DNA of 64,000 bases from a virus. The notes under the pieces are model-generated. The model was not told the origin of the DNA. It was given only the letters and a program-made list of their open reading frames with translations, and made no database searches. This document shows positions 53,313-62,097 of this stretch, piece by piece; within the stretch, counting starts at the first letter, position 1; every line of letters starts with the position of its first letter. The stretch spans positions 1 through 64,000 of the IMG/VR virus record IMGVR_UViG_3300046652_000008, one strand, 5' to 3'. The position numbers and the translations under genes are program-made.

Positions 53313-53765
53313 ATGACGCATGAAGAAGTTGTAAGACTAGCAGCACAGGCACGAGAGTTATCCCAGAACATCCAGGCGGTAGCCGACTCGCACGCTATTG
53401 AACTCAAGAAGGCGCAAGCCGCCCACAAGAAGATCACAGCAGAGATCACAGAAGAAACGGCTTTTGACGCAGCCGAACTAACGATGGCAAAGGCAGAGAT
53501 CCTCAGCTATCACTTATCAGTTAGCGGAGCACATGAGCCAATCCCATACGTCTCTTTTCGAGGGGCCGGGAAGCTGGCTTGTATTGGTGTAGACATGGAC
53601 GCACTACTGGAAGACTGTCGTAAAAATCCAGAACTCACACGATTCATAACGCTTGACGAGACCATAGTTAACTCTAGACTGGAATCAATGGGGATGGCTC
53701 ATGGCCTACCTGAATCTATAATCATCGACAAAGCGCCCGAGACGGTAGTTATAGCCAAGAAATGA
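53313..53765 (+). CDS. Hypothetical protein, weakly Mu Gam-like architecture
   Basis: N-terminal coiled coil then VSFR beta region. Confidence 0.5.
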   Translation: MTHEEVVRLAAQARELSQNIQAVADSHAIELKKAQAAHKKITAEITEETAFDAAELTMAKAEILSYHLSVSGAHEPIPYVSFRGAGKLACIGVDMDALLEDCRKNPELTRFITLDETIVNSRLESMGMAHGLPESIIIDKAPETVVIAKK

Positions 53766-53771
53766 GATATT

Positions 53772-53966
53772 ATGGACAACGAGAAAACACCCGTATGTTG
53801 GCCAACCGACAGATGTGAGGAGTGGGGGCCGGATTGGACGTGCTGGAATTGCAAGACCGTCAATTACGGAATCCGCGAGAAGTGTAGATCATGTGGGTAC
53901 GATTCCAATACCGGAGAGTTCCCTTGGTATAACCCGCTGCCGCCATATGAAGGGCTAGGGGAATGA
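53772..53966 (+). CDS. RanBP2-like zinc-finger protein
   Basis: DWTCWNCKTVN....EKCRSCG. Confidence 0.65.
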   Translation: MDNEKTPVCWPTDRCEEWGPDWTCWNCKTVNYGIREKCRSCGYDSNTGEFPWYNPLPPYEGLGE

Positions 53967-54256
53967 CGCAAGATGAGTGTGATTCCATTAACGCTTTCCA
54001 GAATTGCGGAGTAGTCCACCCGTTAACCTGCGTAACCCACTCGCAGCTAGAGCCGCTGGAGGCCCGTCAAGACGGGTTTCTGCATTGCCTGCATTGTGAT
54101 TATCGTCAATTCACGCCGGGAGGATATTTAGCTGACTGGCATTGGAAGAAGGTCTTTGGGGCAGGGACGATGGCGAAGATAATGGAGCATAACCTTAACG
54201 ATTATCACGAACGAACAGGAAGGCCGATAGGCCCAAAGGAGAACGAGCATGTTTAG
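53963..54256 (+). CDS. Hypothetical zinc-binding protein
   Basis: FQ..G.VHPLTC...CLHCDYRQ. Confidence 0.65.
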   Translation: MTQDECDSINAFQNCGVVHPLTCVTHSQLEPLEARQDGFLHCLHCDYRQFTPGGYLADWHWKKVFGAGTMAKIMEHNLNDYHERTGRPIGPKENEHV

Positions 54257-54464
54257 TTGCCAACAGAAACGAGACATTGCAGACGCAGTGCAGAAGGTGT
54301 TACGCGCAACGAACCATCCAGAACTGCCAGAAACGGAAATCCAATTCACGCTTTGCGTAGATGGTGCAGCGCCTTGGAGCTACGCCAGAATCCTTAACAA
54401 TGGCGCGGCACAAACCCCAGGAATCAATCCGTGGAACGAACGACAGGACAACCATGAAACTTGA
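54249..54464 (+). CDS. Hypothetical phage protein
   Basis: MFS..QKR.IA.AVQ..LR.T.HPELP; AAGGAG RBS. Confidence 0.65.
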   Translation: MFSCQQKRDIADAVQKVLRATNHPELPETEIQFTLCVDGAAPWSYARILNNGAAQTPGINPWNERQDNHET

Positions 54465-54630
54465 ATTTGTGCGAAAATACCCAGGGTTCAAGCTAGCCCT
54501 ATGGTTTGGGAAATACTATCGCCATTGCGCTGGCTTCGATGGGTACCTATATCGCGGAGAATGGTGCGTTTACGCTGGGACCCACTCTCATCCTTGGCAT
54601 AGGCCAAAGTTCTATTTTTTCTTGAACTAA
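54454..54630 (+). CDS. Hypothetical protein
   Basis: AGGA RBS. Confidence 0.5.
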   Translation: MKLEFVRKYPGFKLALWFGKYYRHCAGFDGYLYRGEWCVYAGTHSHPWHRPKFYFFLN

Positions 54631-54634
54631 CCCA

Positions 54635-55036
54635 ATGCGGCCTATAGACAAACTCTTGAAGTCTGCTGGCGACATCGTTCTGTCATCTCCGCAGATGCGC
54701 TATAACCACATAGCTTGGATTATGCGCAAAGATCGAGTTGTATCTATCGGCGTTAATAGTTATCGAACGCATCCGATAGCGAAACGGCTCAAGATCAAAA
54801 AGCTAGCCGAGGGCCAGTGTGCCGAGCTAAACGCATGTCTAAAAGTTGGACTATCGCATCGTGATGGGCTACCTGACTTCTCCCGGCTGGATATGCTTGT
54901 AGTCAAGATTAACAAGGATGGATCTTTTGGGAACTCGCTGCCTTGCGCTGGGTGCAGAGAGCTAATAAGGCAGTGCGGCTTCCGCAAGGTGTGGTACTCT
55001 AGCTCAGAAGGGGAAATTACGCAGTATGAAATTTAA
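54635..55036 (+). CDS. Cytidine/deoxycytidylate deaminase-fold protein
   Basis: VSIGVN, CAE (in place of HAE), SLPCAGC, VWYS. Confidence 0.8.
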   Translation: MRPIDKLLKSAGDIVLSSPQMRYNHIAWIMRKDRVVSIGVNSYRTHPIAKRLKIKKLAEGQCAELNACLKVGLSHRDGLPDFSRLDMLVVKINKDGSFGNSLPCAGCRELIRQCGFRKVWYSSSEGEITQYEI

Positions 55037-55343
55037 TATCGGCGGACGCGTTTACACCGTGAAGTTCGTCCACTCCACCTACGCTCCGAAAGTAGGAGAA
55101 GATCGGAAAGAAATCACCACTTGCCAACTAAGGGAATACCGATATGGCGAATCACAGCCGCCAGACTTTGTGGATAACTTCGGCGCTGTTGGCCGTTTTT
55201 GGCTGGACATGCCCAGTGAAGTCACGGCGCACAAGAAATCCCTAGCGCGAGCCATGAAGAACGCCGGATACGGAAAAGAACTACGCGAAAAGCTGTGGAC
55301 TGCGTATTTCAGTCGGCGCAAGCACAACAGCAGATACGAGTAG
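55026..55343 (+). CDS. Hypothetical protein
   Basis: KKSLARAM...R..LWTAYF. Confidence 0.65.
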   Translation: MKFNIGGRVYTVKFVHSTYAPKVGEDRKEITTCQLREYRYGESQPPDFVDNFGAVGRFWLDMPSEVTAHKKSLARAMKNAGYGKELREKLWTAYFSRRKHNSRYE

Positions 55344-55358
55344 AGGAGCGAGACAACT

Positions 55359-55733
55359 ATGATACGGAAAACAATGTGGATGGAAAATACTGGTTCATGG
55401 CTCTGGGAGGTTCCTTGTACCTATACCAAAATGCGCCAGAATTACCCAGGAATCTGTAAGGCCAAGACAACTCGGCTCTTCGCCGTTCCATATAGCGCAA
55501 GTAGGGTCCGGCTCTTTGCTAGCGATGTGGCGGTAAGAGGGGCACTCCCCGTATGGCTTGATGCTGATGCCAGATTGATTAACAATACATGCGGCGTGTA
55601 TCTTGGCAGGAAGGATGGTAAGCTCAAGGGGCACATTGAGATCCTGTATAGGCTTTGGGTGACTATTTTCAACAAGTTCGAGCTCCCCGGCAAGCATACA
55701 AAAGTCTGGGTTTGGCTGGAGTATTACGACTAG
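55359..55733 (+). CDS. Hypothetical protein
   Basis: GAGGAG RBS. Confidence 0.6.
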   Translation: MIRKTMWMENTGSWLWEVPCTYTKMRQNYPGICKAKTTRLFAVPYSASRVRLFASDVAVRGALPVWLDADARLINNTCGVYLGRKDGKLKGHIEILYRLWVTIFNKFELPGKHTKVWVWLEYYD

Positions 55734-55782
55734 ACGGCCAAAAACGCTTGACTACCGTGTAAAATAACTAGAGAGGATCAAT

Positions 55783-56571
55783 ATGGACGACCAAACAGCA
55801 CAAGATTACGGAATTCCGACCGTCTCGGACTTTGAGACAAGCCCACAACTGAACGAGCTTTTCGCGGCACTTGCCAAGGCTCAAGGCGAGATGGACTCAG
55901 CCAAGAAGTCGAGCGATAACCCATTTTTCAAAAGCAAGTACGCTGACCTAGCGGAGGTCTGGGAAGCTATTCGAGGGCCACTCTCCAAGAACGGGCTATG
56001 CCTTACGCAGTACCCGCTAGGGCCAGAAGGCGTAATTAGCATCTTGGGCCATTCATCGGGCCAATTCATCCGCAGCGTCATTCACTTGCCAGCCGACAAG
56101 AAAGGCCAGATGGACGCCCAAACTATCGGGTCTATGATTACCTATGCGCGCAGGTATAGTGCATCGGCCATCGCTGGAATCGCGCAGGACGACGACGATG
56201 GGAATGCTGCCAGCGGGAAGCCATCACCAGCCCGTCAGCTACCAGCGCCGCGAGTAGCTAACCCCGCCCCTGTGGCCGCAGTAGAGACCCCAGAGCCGCC
56301 AGAAGCGCCAGACACGCCAGATCAGGCGGAACGTAAGAGACTTCGCGCTATTGTAGTTAAGACCATCGGAAATACGAATCTGATGAAGTTCTGGCTTGGG
56401 TATTTCGGAAAGAACCAACAATCAGAACTGCCAACAGACGTGGCCGTGTATCTTCCGGGGTATCGTTACCTAGTCGAACAGGCCGACCACGTTAAGAAGG
56501 AATTAGCTGAGAAGGTTCCGGCAGACAAACTAGGGGCCGAAGTCGCCAAGCTGCAAGAGGATTTGAAGTAA
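55783..56571 (+). CDS. erf: ERF-family ssDNA-annealing recombinase
   Basis: ALAKAQ, NPFFKSKYADL, HSSGQFI, QTIGSMITYARRY, QDDDDGN. Confidence 0.92.
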   Translation: MDDQTAQDYGIPTVSDFETSPQLNELFAALAKAQGEMDSAKKSSDNPFFKSKYADLAEVWEAIRGPLSKNGLCLTQYPLGPEGVISILGHSSGQFIRSVIHLPADKKGQMDAQTIGSMITYARRYSASAIAGIAQDDDDGNAASGKPSPARQLPAPRVANPAPVAAVETPEPPEAPDTPDQAERKRLRAIVVKTIGNTNLMKFWLGYFGKNQQSELPTDVAVYLPGYRYLVEQADHVKKELAEKVPADKLGAEVAKLQEDLK

Positions 56572-56599
56572 GCGCACGAGCCTTTCGAGTAACGGCGCT

Positions 56600-56632
56600 T
56601 AGGGGATAGCAACGGCTGTCCCCTATTTTTTT
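56600..56632 (+). terminator. Intrinsic terminator
   Basis: TAGGGGATAGC-AACG-GCTGTCCCCTA followed by T7. Confidence 0.85.
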
Positions 56633-56776
56633 GATGCTATAATGAATCACAAGGAGAAACAATATGACGATACATCTAGGGCTTCAAGATTTGGTTGTAT
56701 TTTTGGTTGGTGGGCTCTTCGGCAGAATTGCTTCCGCCATGCTAGTGTACGGATGGGAATCATGGAAGTATGGCAA

Positions 56777-57082
56777 ATGACACGCGAAGATAAACTACTT
56801 GTCCACTTGGAATTGGTTATTTTTAGAGACCTGCCGGAAGGTACGTCCGTAACTGGTAAAGACATGGAATACCGGATAGAGAAAGCCACCCAGTTGCAAA
56901 AGATCAGGGCATATTATAGGTCAAGATATGCTATCCCGCTATTACTGCCAGATGAGCGGGAGCCCATACCTTCTACCACTGGCTTAGATATGAACAACGC
57001 AAATGTGTTCATATTGTCAGATAAGGTGGCGTGGCTTGAGCATAAGCTACGATTACTGGGAGATCGGGTAGAATCTTTATGA
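56777..57082 (+). CDS. Hypothetical protein
   Basis: ATGA overlaps. Confidence 0.6.
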   Translation: MTREDKLLVHLELVIFRDLPEGTSVTGKDMEYRIEKATQLQKIRAYYRSRYAIPLLLPDEREPIPSTTGLDMNNANVFILSDKVAWLEHKLRLLGDRVESL

Positions 57083-57672
57083 TACACTTTGACGAAGACA
57101 CGCACACATACACCAACGACGATGGAGAAGTTATCTCATCAGTCACTCAGATTCTCCGTACTATGGGCTTTGGTGGATTCTACAAAGACACGGGAGCCAA
57201 AGAGCGCGGAACCGAGATCCACAACGCCATTGAGTTAGAGCTAAAAACCCCAGGTGGATATGAAGGCGACAACAAGTACATCCAATCCTGCATTAATCGG
57301 CTGATTGAGTTTCGGCTTGCTGGAAACCTCAAGGTCATTAAGTCAGAGGATCTGGTATACTCTGTTAGTTTTAGATATGCAGGGAGATATGACGTTCTAT
57401 TTGAAGACAGAAATGAAGACCGTTTCCTGTGCGACTTTAAGACAGGGACGAGCGTAGCGTCAGAGACTAAACTACAGCTTGCCGCCTACGACATAGCTTC
57501 TGGTGCTACTATATACCGTAAGCCCTATAAGCGCATGGCGCTCCACCTAACCGACAAGAGATGTAAGCCCGTAAACTATGACGTTATGGGTGACTACGAT
57601 GTTTGGAAATCGCTTGTGAAGAAGTATCATGAGAATGTAAGTCAATATAGTTCCAGTTTGGAAAGGAATTGA
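57079..57672 (+). CDS. PD-(D/E)XK exonuclease (recombination partner of ERF)
   Basis: FDEDTHTY, SVTQIL, RGTEIH, YAGRYD, DFKTG, QLAAY. Confidence 0.88.
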   Translation: MIHFDEDTHTYTNDDGEVISSVTQILRTMGFGGFYKDTGAKERGTEIHNAIELELKTPGGYEGDNKYIQSCINRLIEFRLAGNLKVIKSEDLVYSVSFRYAGRYDVLFEDRNEDRFLCDFKTGTSVASETKLQLAAYDIASGATIYRKPYKRMALHLTDKRCKPVNYDVMGDYDVWKSLVKKYHENVSQYSSSLERN

Positions 57673-57676
57673 CATC

Positions 57677-57973
57677 ATGAAATGCCCCAAATGCAAAGAA
57701 TGCGATGTTTGCGTAGAGTTGGAATTGACTGGCGGCTGTAGCGGGCATGATAATGACGAGTACTGCTACTGTGATGCGCAAGAGGCTGCCCTGGTCTTAC
57801 GATGCGCTGGCAGACAATTGCGTAAAGGCCAAAAGCCATGTGGGTGGAAGCATCGTCCATACGATTTACAGGACTCTGGCTCTATCGAGCGGTTTATTTG
57901 TAGTATACTAAAGCCAGAAGACTGCGAGGTTATACTTAATATGAATCACAAAAAAGAGAGGTGGGAACGATGA
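57677..57973 (+). CDS. Cys-rich hypothetical protein
   Basis: CPKC, CSGH...CYC. Confidence 0.55.
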   Translation: MKCPKCKECDVCVELELTGGCSGHDNDEYCYCDAQEAALVLRCAGRQLRKGQKPCGWKHRPYDLQDSGSIERFICSILKPEDCEVILNMNHKKERWER

Positions 57974-58422
57974 CAGACAAAGAAGAAATCCTGCTCCGCG
58001 CAGAGCTAGCCGCAGCCATCAAAGAACGAGACAAGGCCATCTCCAGCCGAAAAAGCACATGGACCTGGATTGAGAGCAAGTATGGCAAGGCTCACGATTG
58101 GGCGCGAAAGACACTTCCCGAGCCGTGGCGCACTCAATACTTTGGCTGTATAGCCAATGGCCTAGCGACATGGGATGACCACGGCGAAGCCTATATGTGC
58201 AAGGCTGGTTTCATGGTCACTCCCGGCAATTACTTCAGCATGGGAGCACAAGAACAATTACTGTTTGACCTATGCGAACGAGCGGAGGATGCAGAGGTAG
58301 CATTGGCTGAGGCCAGAGAGCTATGCGGCGAGGCTTACTATCATATAAGCGAAGAAAAGTACCCGGATCTATCTATTCAGCTTCGAGCACAGGGGGCAAA
58401 GAGAGATCGCAATAATGAGTAA
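57970..58422 (+). CDS. Hypothetical protein
   Basis: ATGA overlap. Confidence 0.65.
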   Translation: MTDKEEILLRAELAAAIKERDKAISSRKSTWTWIESKYGKAHDWARKTLPEPWRTQYFGCIANGLATWDDHGEAYMCKAGFMVTPGNYFSMGAQEQLLFDLCERAEDAEVALAEARELCGEAYYHISEEKYPDLSIQLRAQGAKRDRNNE

Positions 58423-60193
58423 TCGCCCATACCAAGACGAATGCCTGGATACAATCAAGTCTAAGATTGGGCTATCTATCAATCGCCAGCTAATCGTTAT
58501 GGCGACAGGCAGCGGTAAGGGTTCTATCCTTGCGTGGCTCCCGGAAAAGCTAGGAATGGTTCGTGGCGTCGAGCAGATGCTTGTTCTTGTCCATCGCAAC
58601 GACTTAGTAGACCAACTAGCCAAACGTATCCGACGCTACAACCCGAAGCTCATGGTATCTGTCGAGCAGGGGATCAACAAGGCCAATAAGTTCTCTGATG
58701 TTGTGGTGGCGTCCATCCAGTCTATCTCTAGCGGAACACGCCTAGATAGATTTGACCCATACGACTACAAATACATCGTTATAGATGAAGCTCATATTGC
58801 CCCAGGCTCCCGCGCTTATGATAAGGTTCTTTCCTATTTCGGCGTAGTTAAAGATTCCCCTACCTTTGATCCAACCAAGATCAGTATTGGTTTTACGGCC
58901 ACCCCAGACCGACCAGACGGCAAGGGCTTAGACTACCTATACGATGAAATTTCTTTCACGCGAGATGCCGTTGACTTGATGCGCGACGGGATTTGGCATA
59001 ACGGGAAGTTCCTTAACTACCTGCTAGAGCCGAAATGCTACCGCATTAAAACTACGGTAGACTTGGACAAGTTAAAGAAAGAGGGCGGCGACTTTAATAT
59101 CACCGAGCTTGAAAAGACTATCAATAATCCGTATCGTAATGATATTATCGTAGAAAATTACAAGCTGTACGGTGAGGGGCTTCCCGCTATCTGCTTTACG
59201 TGCGACATCCAGCACGCTAAAGACGTAGTATCGGCCTTTGAAAAGGGCGGCTTGGTTGCCAGCATCGTTACAGGAGACACCCCCCACGAAGAACGTCAGC
59301 GGCTCTACGCAGCCCTGGCTGCCAAGGAGATTAACTGCCTGTGCTCTGCTGGCGTCCTGAACGTCGGCTTAGACATCCCAGAGGCTACAGTAGCCCTTAT
59401 GGCACGTCCCATGCTCTCCCCACTCATGTATCGCCAGTCGGTTGGCCGCGTGTTCCGGCCATTCCCATCCCCCGAGGAAATCATGGGCGGATTCGTCCCA
59501 TCTTGGTTCAAGCAATACTCTATAGTTTTAGACTTTGTAGATGTTACCAGCAAGCATAGGCTTGTGACTACGTCTACCCTATATGGACTACGGGCAGACT
59601 TCGACATGAAAGGCAAGCGGCTTGTCCAAGAATTAGACAAGATAGAGGCAATCAAAACCAAGCACTCCTTTGAAGATATGGGAGAGTTTAAGGATCTTGA
59701 CGCTATCCAGTCTTTTGCCCAAAAGGTAGACTTACTTCAAGCGCCGAGAATCCCGGCAGAGATCCAAAAGCTAACTAATATCGTCTGGCACAAAGAGGGA
59801 CAAGGCTATGCAGTTAATACGAAATGCGGAAAGCATATAGAGATTAAGAAGAATCAGCTAGGACAGTGGGATGTCTATACTTCAGAGCGCGGCGTCCGTA
59901 AGTTTGCCGGATCGGCCAAGGAGCTAGGAGAAGGCGTCAAGCTAGGCGAAGCCCAAATACCAATAGAGTCTAAGCCGTTACTGGACGGGCAATCGGGCTG
60001 GAGAAACAACCCGCCGACCCCAAAACAAATAGCAACCGTCAAGAGATTCTTGCCTTCTGCCGTGAAAAATGCGTATAATGAGAAAGAGTTGGAAGACTTT
60101 ATACTTACTAAATTCCCGACCTCTGGAGATGCGAGCAATTTCATCGCTAAGAAGTTTGATAGGTTTACGGGAAAGAAGGAATGGAAGCGATGA
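58415..60193 (+). CDS. Superfamily 2 helicase (ResIII/Irc3-like)
   Basis: RPYQ, MATGSGK, IDEAH, FTATPDR, GLDIP, QSVGRVFR. Confidence 0.92.
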   Translation: MSNRPYQDECLDTIKSKIGLSINRQLIVMATGSGKGSILAWLPEKLGMVRGVEQMLVLVHRNDLVDQLAKRIRRYNPKLMVSVEQGINKANKFSDVVVASIQSISSGTRLDRFDPYDYKYIVIDEAHIAPGSRAYDKVLSYFGVVKDSPTFDPTKISIGFTATPDRPDGKGLDYLYDEISFTRDAVDLMRDGIWHNGKFLNYLLEPKCYRIKTTVDLDKLKKEGGDFNITELEKTINNPYRNDIIVENYKLYGEGLPAICFTCDIQHAKDVVSAFEKGGLVASIVTGDTPHEERQRLYAALAAKEINCLCSAGVLNVGLDIPEATVALMARPMLSPLMYRQSVGRVFRPFPSPEEIMGGFVPSWFKQYSIVLDFVDVTSKHRLVTTSTLYGLRADFDMKGKRLVQELDKIEAIKTKHSFEDMGEFKDLDAIQSFAQKVDLLQAPRIPAEIQKLTNIVWHKEGQGYAVNTKCGKHIEIKKNQLGQWDVYTSERGVRKFAGSAKELGEGVKLGEAQIPIESKPLLDGQSGWRNNPPTPKQIATVKRFLPSAVKNAYNEKELEDFILTKFPTSGDASNFIAKKFDRFTGKKEWKR

Positions 60194-60474
60194 AGAAAGT
60201 TTGTGCGGTGTGCGACTTGGAGTTTGAGGCGTATCTAGGGAAGCCGGGTCTAGCTACGCAGTGTCGCTGGTGTGGGGAAGACCACGAACGAGACACCGGA
60301 GTAATTGTTTATAGGGCCGAGCAGTCGGAGGATGAAAGCGGATCTGATTTTTCTATCACAAACTCTCCTGCAACCCTGTCATACTTAAACGGGACGCCGA
60401 GAAGCCGAGGATTAGAACGAGAGATATTAGCCGAGGCCAAGCGAGAAGATACATACGGGAAATTGCCGATCTAA
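60190..60474 (+). CDS. Small zinc-finger protein
   Basis: CAVC...CRWC. Confidence 0.6.
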   Translation: MKKVCAVCDLEFEAYLGKPGLATQCRWCGEDHERDTGVIVYRAEQSEDESGSDFSITNSPATLSYLNGTPRSRGLEREILAEAKREDTYGKLPI

Positions 60475-60485
60475 GGAGAATAACC

Positions 60486-60776
60486 ATGACCTGGGAACAG
60501 AAACTTGAAGCAATTGAGGCGCTATGTGGCATAACCACCGTTAATCTACAGATGAGAAAGCCGGGGGATTGGTACGTTAGCGCCGGGATGAGCATATCCA
60601 AAGACGGAATATCCACTAGTTCTTATGGTAATGGGAAAACTCCAGAAGAGGCGGTGAACGACCATTGGAATATCTATGCCGTTAATCTTCCGCCAGAGCT
60701 TAGCATAATCCTGGGATATACAGCAGATAAGAAATACCGCTGGAATGGATTTATGTGGCGCGAGGTACAAATATGA
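60486..60776 (+). CDS. Hypothetical protein
   Basis: AAGGAG RBS; YGNGKTPEEAV, RWNGFMW. Confidence 0.65.
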   Translation: MTWEQKLEAIEALCGITTVNLQMRKPGDWYVSAGMSISKDGISTSSYGNGKTPEEAVNDHWNIYAVNLPPELSIILGYTADKKYRWNGFMWREVQI

Positions 60777-61288
60777 AACGATACAAGCAACAGTCATTTA
60801 TGGCAGACGACGGGACTCCACTAGATGCCAAGACGGAAGACCAGGAATTCTGCACTGCCTTAATGCTCATTTACCGGAGCGCTAACATTCCGCGCAGGGC
60901 GCATCCCCAGTCGGTTAGTCGCCTGTCCCGTGATTGGGCAGACAAGGTAAAGAATGCACTACGATCATCTGAACCGGATGAGTTGCTAGCGCAGATGGAG
61001 AACTTTACCAAAGACCCCTATTGGACGGAACGCGGTTGCCCTCTAAATGCTTTCTTTGCCAAGAAGCCCAAGGAAGAACCCGAGCCGGAACCAGAGCCCA
61101 AGCGCGAAGTGATAGCTGCTAGCGACTTCCAGAAACGCAAGGCCGCTCTAGTTGAAAGGATCATTAAGGCGTCCAACGGCAGGAACGTCGAGAAACTCGA
61201 AAGAGAAGTATACGCGCAACTATTGAAGGACATCAACTCGAAAGAGTGTACCCTGAAGACTATAGAGGTTGCGGAGGCGGCGTTCTGA
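60773..61288 (+). CDS. Hypothetical protein, possibly replication-initiator related
   Basis: Upstream of the primase zinc-finger gene and dnaB; DPYW motif, EPEP linker. Confidence 0.55.
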   Translation: MKRYKQQSFMADDGTPLDAKTEDQEFCTALMLIYRSANIPRRAHPQSVSRLSRDWADKVKNALRSSEPDELLAQMENFTKDPYWTERGCPLNAFFAKKPKEEPEPEPEPKREVIAASDFQKRKAALVERIIKASNGRNVEKLEREVYAQLLKDINSKECTLKTIEVAEAAF

Positions 61289-62097
61289 AGATCACGCTCA
61301 AGGAACTACGCGCCCTTGCAAAAACGAACCTAGTCGTCTCTAATTACTTATCGCCGGTCAGTAGAATAGGCGACAAGATAGTCTATTATCATTGCCCCGT
61401 TCATGACGACAAGAAGGCAAGTTTGCGCGTAAACCTGAAGGATAACCTCTGGTCCTGCTATCCGTGTGGCAAGTGGGGAGACGCGGTAGAATTCGTTAGA
61501 CACGTAGAGAACGTAAATCACTCGGAAGCTGTCAAGATTGTGGTGGACATCTGTGGACTGGACGGCATAGAAGAAGACAAGAGCCGGGCTAGAGCCATAA
61601 TCTCGGAGAGGGAGAACGCGGACAGGATGCTTGGTGATATACGTTATCGCCTATTTAACATAGAATCAGCAATCGAGAAGAAGCTGGAGCGCCTGTACTC
61701 TATGGCAACTGATAGATACGAAGACATACTTAAAGGAGAGCGGATCTTGTTTGATACAAAGTCATTGCTAGATAAATCATCCCATCTCTCAATAGATTCC
61801 ATCATTACGCTTTACAACAGTGGGACAGACAATGAATACTATAGATTTCTGATACCGAACTACAGCCTAGAGCAAAAATGCGAAGAGTATAGGCGCGTCG
61901 ATGATGTGAACCGAGCCGTTGCGTTCCTTTCAAAGCGTGAAGACTGCTACGACGTGATTGCGGCGTATATCGGCGGGACTCCCAGCATTAAGAAATGCGC
62001 AGAACTTCTAGTGAATTCTCCCGTAGACGCTGATAAGATAATTAACGGACTTCTGGACATCATAAAGGTTAAGGCGGCGGCAAGTGGAAAAGACTAG
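61285..62097 (+). CDS. DnaG-type CHC2 zinc-finger protein lacking a TOPRIM domain
   Basis: CPVHDDKKASL....W.CYPCG..GDAVEFV...E.....EAV; probable CTG start after GGAGG. Confidence 0.75.
   Translation: MKITLKELRALAKTNLVVSNYLSPVSRIGDKIVYYHCPVHDDKKASLRVNLKDNLWSCYPCGKWGDAVEFVRHVENVNHSEAVKIVVDICGLDGIEEDKSRARAIISERENADRMLGDIRYRLFNIESAIEKKLERLYSMATDRYEDILKGERILFDTKSLLDKSSHLSIDSIITLYNSGTDNEYYRFLIPNYSLEQKCEEYRRVDDVNRAVAFLSKREDCYDVIAAYIGGTPSIKKCAELLVNSPVDADKIINGLLDIIKVKAAASGKD

Noticed and set aside
55748-55765. Sigma70 promoter before erf (TTGACT...TAAAAT)
   Set aside because: The spacer is only 6 bp
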